This document shows, one piece after another, positions 56,981 to 64,000 of a stretch of 64,000 nucleotides of DNA. Every line of letters starts with the position of its first letter. Position 1 is the first letter of the stretch. The notes under the pieces are model-generated. The model was not told the DNA's origin. It was given only the letters and a program-made list of their open reading frames with translations, and searched no databases. Made by a program: the position numbers and the translations under genes. The stretch comes from Octopus vulgaris (lineage: Eukaryota), in contig OX597832.1 in NCBI GenBank assembly GCA_951406725.2, forward strand, positions 69,316,001-69,380,000, in the 5' to 3' direction.

Positions 56981-58062
56981 TACTTGTCAAGCTCCAAGCA
57001 TATAGTTTCCATCCGGATATTATACGATGGGTTGGTGCCTTCCTCTCAGATCGCTCCTTCCAAGTCCAAGTTAATGGTTCGCGGTCCGACGTCTCCAGTG
57101 CGAGCAGTGGCGTGCCTCAAGGTTCAGTGCTTGGGCCCTTGTTGTTCTTAGTCTTCATAAATGACTTGCCCGACGACCTCACGCAACACACCCTTCTATT
57201 TGCCGACGATATCAAACTGGTCGCTCCTCGCGGTAATATAGAGGATCTTCGTCGATGCCTCCACGAAATTTGGAAGTGGTCTAACGATTGGGACCTGTGT
57301 CTGAACGTGTCAAAGTGCTGTCATCTGCCTGTCGGCTCTACTCCTGCAACTCAACTTGATTTCGAGCCGGGTCGTCTGCTGCTGGAGAGGACCGATCAGG
57401 TAAAGGACCTGGGTATCTTGGTGGATTCCTCCTTTTCGCCTTCGGCCCAGTGCGTCCATGCTGCCAAAAAGCACGCGGAATTCTGTTCTTGATTCGACGG
57501 TCATTCGGAATGCTCACAGCAGCCATATTTCTACCACTCTATGTCACGCTGGTGAGACCCATATTGGAGTATGGGATTCAAGCCTCTTCTCCTTATCTCC
57601 TCAAAGACATACAGAATCTCGAAAGAGTCCAGAAGCTGGCTACCCGCATGGTTCATGGTCTCAAAAATTTGTCCTACGAAGAAAGGCTGAGGACGCTCGA
57701 CCTTTATTCTCTTGAAAAACGCCGCCGCCGTGGTGATCTCATTCTCGCCCACAACATCATAAGCGGAAAGTGTAACCTCTCGAAAGAGCTGTTCTTCACT
57801 CCTGCTCCAGAGCGTCGGCTGCGGGGTCATTCCGAAAAGCTCTACCTGCGACGATTTCATCTCAATCGAAGGAGAGGAGCTTTCTCCGTCCGGGTTGCGG
57901 ATCCGTGGAACAAGCTGCCAGACGAGATGGTGAAGATGCCGACGACCGCTTTGTTCAAAGCCTCCCTGGACCTCAAGTGGCCTGAACTCTTTACATGAAC
58001 ACCACCCTGTACTTAACTCCATGTCCCCCTACATGGCCTTGCTATTTGCTTTTGAGCCAAAT

Positions 58063-58074
<12 letters not shown>
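56981..58074 (+). mobile_element. Young CR1-type LINE 3' fragment (distinct family), (TAAC)n tail, in (TA)n
   Basis: [56 protein letters not shown]; a single frameshift in the A5 run at 57466-57470; stop at 57998; tail aattaactaactaac. Confidence 0.93.
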
Positions 58075-58107
<33 letters not shown>

Positions 58108-58108
58108 C

Positions 58109-58148
<40 letters not shown>

Positions 58149-58169
58149 TATATACACATATATATATAC

Positions 58170-58202
<33 letters not shown>

Positions 58203-58298
58203 CATAATATATATATACATATATATATATATATACACATATATATATACATATATATATACATATATATATACATATATATATACATATATATATAC

Positions 58299-58361
<63 letters not shown>

Positions 58362-58586
58362 TATATACATACATATATATATATATACATATATATATAT
58401 ACATATATATATATACATATATATATATATACATATATATATACATACATATATATATATACATATATATATACATACATATATATATATACATATATAT
58501 ACATATATATATACATATATATATACATATATATATACATATATATATACATATATATATATACATATATATACATATATATATAC

Positions 58587-58631
<45 letters not shown>

Positions 58632-58714
58632 TATACATATATATATACATATATATATATACATATATATATACATATAAATATATACATATATATATAT
58701 ACATATATATATAC

Positions 58715-58775
<61 letters not shown>

Positions 58776-58876
58776 CATATATATATACATATATATATAC
58801 ATATATATATATATACATATATATATATACATATATACATATATATATATACATATATATATACATATATATATAC

Positions 58877-58907
<31 letters not shown>

Positions 58908-59575
58908 CATATATACATATATATATATACACATATATATATATATATACATATATATATACATATATATATATACATATACATATATATACATATATAC
59001 ATATATATATACATACATATACACACACATCACACATATATACACATATATATATATACATATATACATATACATATATATATATACATATACATATATA
59101 TATATACATATACATATATACATATACATATACATATATATACATATACATATATATATACATATACATATATATATATATACATATATATATACATATA
59201 TATATATACATATATATATGTACATATATATATAAACATATATATATATACATATATATATATACATATATATATATACATATATATATATATACATATA
59301 TATATACATATATATATATACATATACATATATATATACATATATATATATACACATATATATATACATATATATATATACACATATATATATACATATA
59401 TATATACATATAGATATATATGCATATATATACATATATATATATACATATATATACATATATATATACATATATATACATATATATATACATATATATA
59501 CATATATATATATACATATATATACATATATATATATACATATATATATACATATATATACATATATATATATAT
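58075..59575. repeat. About 1.5-kb (TA)n-CA microsatellite array
   Basis: Directly visible (acatatatat-type units). Confidence 0.97.
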
Positions 59576-59880
59576 ATACAATAAAAATGGTAAATAATTT
59601 TCCTGTGGTTTTTCATGTAACCAACAATTATTTACCGGTAAATTTCGGTATGTAAATACGACAAAATAATTGTCAAGACCTTTGTAAGGTTCAGTATATA
59701 GTAAAGAAAAATAAGTTGGCTAGCAGCAAGCTGTTTCGCCTCATACCGAAGGAATTAGAAATGGCAGTCAAAGACCGTTTTTTCCATTTCTATAAGTGGA
59801 GATTCCAAAAACGAAGGCCCTTGCGGCTCACATACACAAAACCGGAGTGGCAAATATACGAATTCAGTCACTTACCATTA

Positions 59881-59952
59881 ATAGCGAACACGGTGTTTCT
59901 GGATCACAAACATATAAAAAAAGGGGAGTTTGAATTCCGTCATCAGCGCTAT
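59881..59952 (-). ncRNA. Type-I hammerhead ribozyme, copy 1
   Basis: Minus strand reads AUAGCG CUGAUGA c GGAauuCAAAC..GUUUGugaUCC a GAAA CAC C GU GUU CGCUAU. Confidence 0.78.
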
Positions 59953-60433
59953 ATTCGATAGCTTTATCAAATGCCACCAGCCCTCACTTCTGACTCCGCG
60001 ACATCAGATAGGGGGGAAGTGCGCAGATGTTCAAACCAAGTAACGACTGGGAACGTAAATTGTCCCTCCAAATTTCTGCCATGCGCGCCTTCTGGGTAAT
60101 CGTAATGGAATGAGGAATCCACATGGTAATACATTAAAAATGGTAAATAATTTTCCTGTGGTTTTTCATGTAACCAACAATTATTTACCGGTAAATTTCG
60201 GTATGTAAATACGACAAAATAATTGTCAAGACCTTTGTAAGGTTCAGTATATAGTAAAGAAAAATAAGTTGGCTAGCAGCAAGCTGTTTCGCCTCATACC
60301 GAAGGAATTAGAAATGGCAGTCAAAGACCGTTTTTTCCATTTCTATAAGTGGAGATTCCAAAAACGAAGGCCCTTGCGGCTCACATACACAAAACCGGAG
60401 TGGCAAATATACGAATTCAGTCACTTACCGTTA

Positions 60434-60504
60434 ATAGCGAACACGGTGTTTCTGGATCACAAACATATAAAAAAGAGGAGTTTGAATTCCGTCATCAGCG
60501 CTAT
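60434..60504 (-). ncRNA. Type-I hammerhead ribozyme, copy 2
   Basis: Same fold, 553 nt upstream of copy 1 on the minus strand; differs only in loop II. Confidence 0.78.
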
Positions 60505-60926
60505 ATTCGATAGCTTTTTGGAATCTCCACTTATAGAAATGGAAAAAACGGTCTTTGACTGCCATTTCTAATTCCTTCGGTATGAGGCGAAACAGCTTGC
60601 TGCTAGCCAACTTATTTTTCTTTACTATATACTAAACCTTACAAAGGTCTTGACAATTATTATGTCGTATTTACATACCGAAATTTACCGGTAAATAATT
60701 GTTGGTTACATGAAAAACCACAGGAAAATTATTTACCATTTTTATTGTATTACCATGTGGCTTCCTCATTCCATTACGATTACCCAGAAGGCGCGCATGG
60801 CAGAAATTTGGAGGGAAAATTTACGTTCCCAGTCGTTACTTGGTTTTAACATCTGCGCACTTCCCCACTATCTGATGTCGCGGGGTCAGAAGTGAGGGCT
60901 GGTGGCATTTGATAAAGCTATCGAAT

Positions 60927-60999
60927 ATAGCGCTGATGACGGAATTCAAACTCCCCTTTTTTTTATATGTTTGTGATCCAGAAACACCGTGTTCGCTAT
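60927..60999 (+). ncRNA. Type-I hammerhead ribozyme, copy 3
   Basis: Stem I ATAGCG 60927-60932 with CGCTAT 60994-60999; CTGATGA 60933-60939; GAAA 60981-60984; GUU triplet 60991-60993, predicted cleavage after 60993. Confidence 0.8.
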
Positions 61000-61043
61000 T
61001 AACGGTAAGTGACTGAATTCGTATATTTGCCACTCCGGTTTTG

Positions 61044-61044
<1 letters not shown>

Positions 61045-61076
<32 letters not shown>

Positions 61077-62024
61077 ACATATATATATATATACATATAC
61101 ATATATATATACATATATATATATACACATATATATATACATATATATATATACACATATATATATACATATATATATATACACATATATATATACATAT
61201 ATATATACATATATATATATACATATATATACATATATATATACATATATATACATATATATATATACATATATATACATATATATATATACATATATAT
61301 ACATATATATATATACATATATATACATATATATATACATATATATACATATATATACATATATATATATACATATATATATATACATATATATATATAC
61401 ATATATATACATATATATATACATATATATACATATATATATATACATATATATACATACATATATATACATATATATATACATATATATATACATATAT
61501 ATACATATATATATACATATATATACATATATATACATATATATATATACATATATATACATATATATATACATATATATATACATATATATATACATAT
61601 ATATATACATATACATATATATACATATATATACATATATATATATACACATATATATTCATATATATATATACACATATATATTCATATATATATATAC
61701 ATATATATATATATACATATACATTCATATATATATATACATATATATATATACATATATATACATATACATATATATACATATATATACATATATATAC
61801 ATATACATATATATATACATATATATACATATACATATATATATACATATATATACACATATATATACATATATATATACATACATATATATATATATAC
61901 ATATATATATACATATATATATACATATATATACATATATATATACATATATATATACATATATATATACATATATATATATATACATATATATATACAT
62001 ATATACATATATATATACATATAC

Positions 62025-62063
<39 letters not shown>

Positions 62064-62281
62064 CATATATATATACATATATATATACATATATATATAC
62101 ATATATATATATACATATATATATATACATATATATATATACATATATATACATATATATATATACATATATATATATACATATATATATACATATATAT
62201 ACATATATATATACATATATATATATACATATATATACATATATATTTATATATACATATATATATATATACATATATATA
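61045..62281. repeat. About 1.2-kb (TA)n-CA microsatellite array
   Basis: Directly visible; same strand polarity as 58075-59575. Confidence 0.97.
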
Positions 62282-64000
62282 CATGTTTTTCGGTCGGACA
62301 GGAAGGAAAGAACTCATGGTGGGGTTGCCCTCTGCGTCCGTGAAGATGTCACACCCATAGTACTGTTGACACACTCAAACTCAGTCTGTGACACACTGAT
62401 AGTACACATGAAACAACCGAAAATAGTAATATGTGTCACATATCGGCCACCAGACACCCCTAGTCATGAAGGAGTGTTTGAAGATAGCCTCAGAAGAATA
62501 GAAGAAATCCTGGACAAACTGGACCAGGGTAACACCATTCTACTGCTGGGAGATTTTAACCTTCCGAAAGTCAAATGGCCAGATGGCCATCTCCTCCCTG
62601 GAATGACATCACTTGAACAGAGACAGACAGAGTCCTTGTTGGCTCTCACACGCAAGTTTTTCATGGAGCAAGCAGTGCTTTGGCCAACAAGAGGTGAGAA
62701 TGTCTTGGACCTCTGTTTCACAAGCAACCCGATGCTCATCCACAACATAATGGTAACACCAACAATTCTCTCAGATCACAACTTAGTAGAGGTAATGATA
62801 TATGGTATGAGAGAGTTAGTTGAGACGCAGCCATTAGAAAATACCACAGGCCTATCCAGTCTAAACTTCCATAAGGCAAACTGGAAGAAAATCAACGAAG
62901 AGATCCGAAAACATGACTGGAGTGACTTCATCACCACACAAGACACCAACACACATTTCCAACATTTCATGACAACAATACAGAACATATGCCATAAGTT
63001 TGTCCCGGAGAAAAAAGCCAGCGGGCATAGGAACGTTATTCCCAGAGACAGGAAAATACTTATGAGGCGAAGAGCTAAGCTCTCGAAGCAACTGAATGCA
63101 CGGCAGAGAAACAATGAGGGACTCCACCTGAAACTTTTTGAAACGGAAACTGCACTCAAACTTTCCTATGAGAAGGAGAGGGCAGAGAGAGAAGCCAGGG
63201 CCATAGAGAATATTAAAACAAACCCTAAAGCCTTCTTTAAATTTGCGAAAGAAACCACCTCGGTACACTGCAAGATTGGCCCACTCTTTGATAAAAAGGG
63301 CTCTCTAACTGAGGACCCCCAAGGGATAAGTGAAATACTAAAGGAACAGTATAAAAGTGTGTTCACATCCCCTCTGGGGCACATGCAAATCACAAACCCA
63401 GAAGTTTTCTTTGATGCCACAACACTCCAAAACCAAACAACAACCATCGACCACATAGACATAACAGAGAGGGATGTAATATCTGCCATAGAAGAAATGA
63501 GAATAAACTCAGCTGCTGGACCAGATGGATTCCCAGCAGTCCTCCTAAAAACATGCAGGCATGCCCTAGCGGGACCACTGAAGAAGCTCTTCAGTGGTTC
63601 CTTGGCTAACGGTAAACTGCCCAGGGCGCTAAAAGAAGGCACCATATGCCCTATCCACAAAGGAGGGAGTAGAGCAGAGGCCAAAAACTACAGGCCAGTC
63701 TCCCTGACGTCACACATAAGTAAGGTCATGGAACGAATCATCAGAAAAAAACTGATCACGTTCCTCGAAGAAACTAACCGTCTCACTGACACACAGCATG
63801 GCTTTCGCCCAGGAAGAAGCTGCCTTACGCAGCTGTTACAACACTACGACTGGGTACTGAAACAACTACTGGATCGCTCACAGGTGGATGTGGTATATCT
63901 CGACTTTGCGAAGGCCTTTGACAAAGTCGACCACGGAGTGATATGTCACAAATTACTCAGACTCGGCATAACAGGAAAAGTAGGTGAGTGGATACATGAC
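62282..64000 (+). mobile_element. Young CR1-group LINE related to the 51-3212 family; ORF2 open to the window edge, 5' end abuts (TA)n
   Basis: Manual translation from 62282 gives 573 codons with no stop ([43 protein letters not shown]), colinear with about 357-2079. It is absent from the ORF track, probably because it runs off the edge. Confidence 0.93.

Larger units (their letters stand above)
59576..61044. mobile_element. Hammerhead-bearing 553-bp repeat unit: about 1.7 tandem copies plus one inverted 530-bp copy (non-autonomous PLE-like / retrozyme-like element)
   Basis: 59576-60517 has period 553 (atagcgaacac at 59881 and 60434), and 60515-61044 is the reverse complement of 59836-60364. 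Each copy holds a type-I HHR. Confidence 0.85.

Noticed and set aside
59716-59961. Repeated 81-100 aa [15 protein letters not shown]...
   Set aside because: Non-ATG start, antisense to the hammerhead/intron strand, frame differs between copies at an A-run, and no recognisable domain.
60577-60610. Possible second ribozyme in the unit (cggtatgaggcgaaacagc)
   Set aside because: The core does not match CUGANGA or a compensated variant, and there is no stem II.

Overview
Repeat-saturated, AT-rich animal genomic DNA with no host gene that I can support. The repeat landscape suggests a coleoid cephalopod, probably an octopus; this is inference from pattern recognition, not a search. Most ORFs in the track are microsatellite artefacts. 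The real coding sequence is all retroelement: CR1-group LINEs (51-3212 decayed, 56981-58074, and 62282-64000 open to the window edge), a young RTE LINE with an uninterrupted 2.9-kb ORF and a PHD finger inside its RT domain (11034-14229) plus decayed copies, a second RTE family with C2H2 fingers, R4/Dong-type fragments in (TAA)n, and a Penelope-like RT next to a 100-N gap. Two tRNA-type SINE families are also present. The main discovery is a set of hammerhead ribozyme (HHR) elements sitting in (TA)n arrays. One is a 553-bp unit at 59576-61044, present as a tandem plus an inverted copy, with three intact type-I HHRs, a putative intron and a GIY-YIG-like remnant; it looks like a miniature Penelope-like element or retrozyme that could give a circular RNA. 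The other is a separate short repeat whose minimal HHR has a compensatory G3-C8 core swap (4244-4293), with a covarying relative at 50332-50378. All RNA structures were folded by eye and none has been tested for activity.
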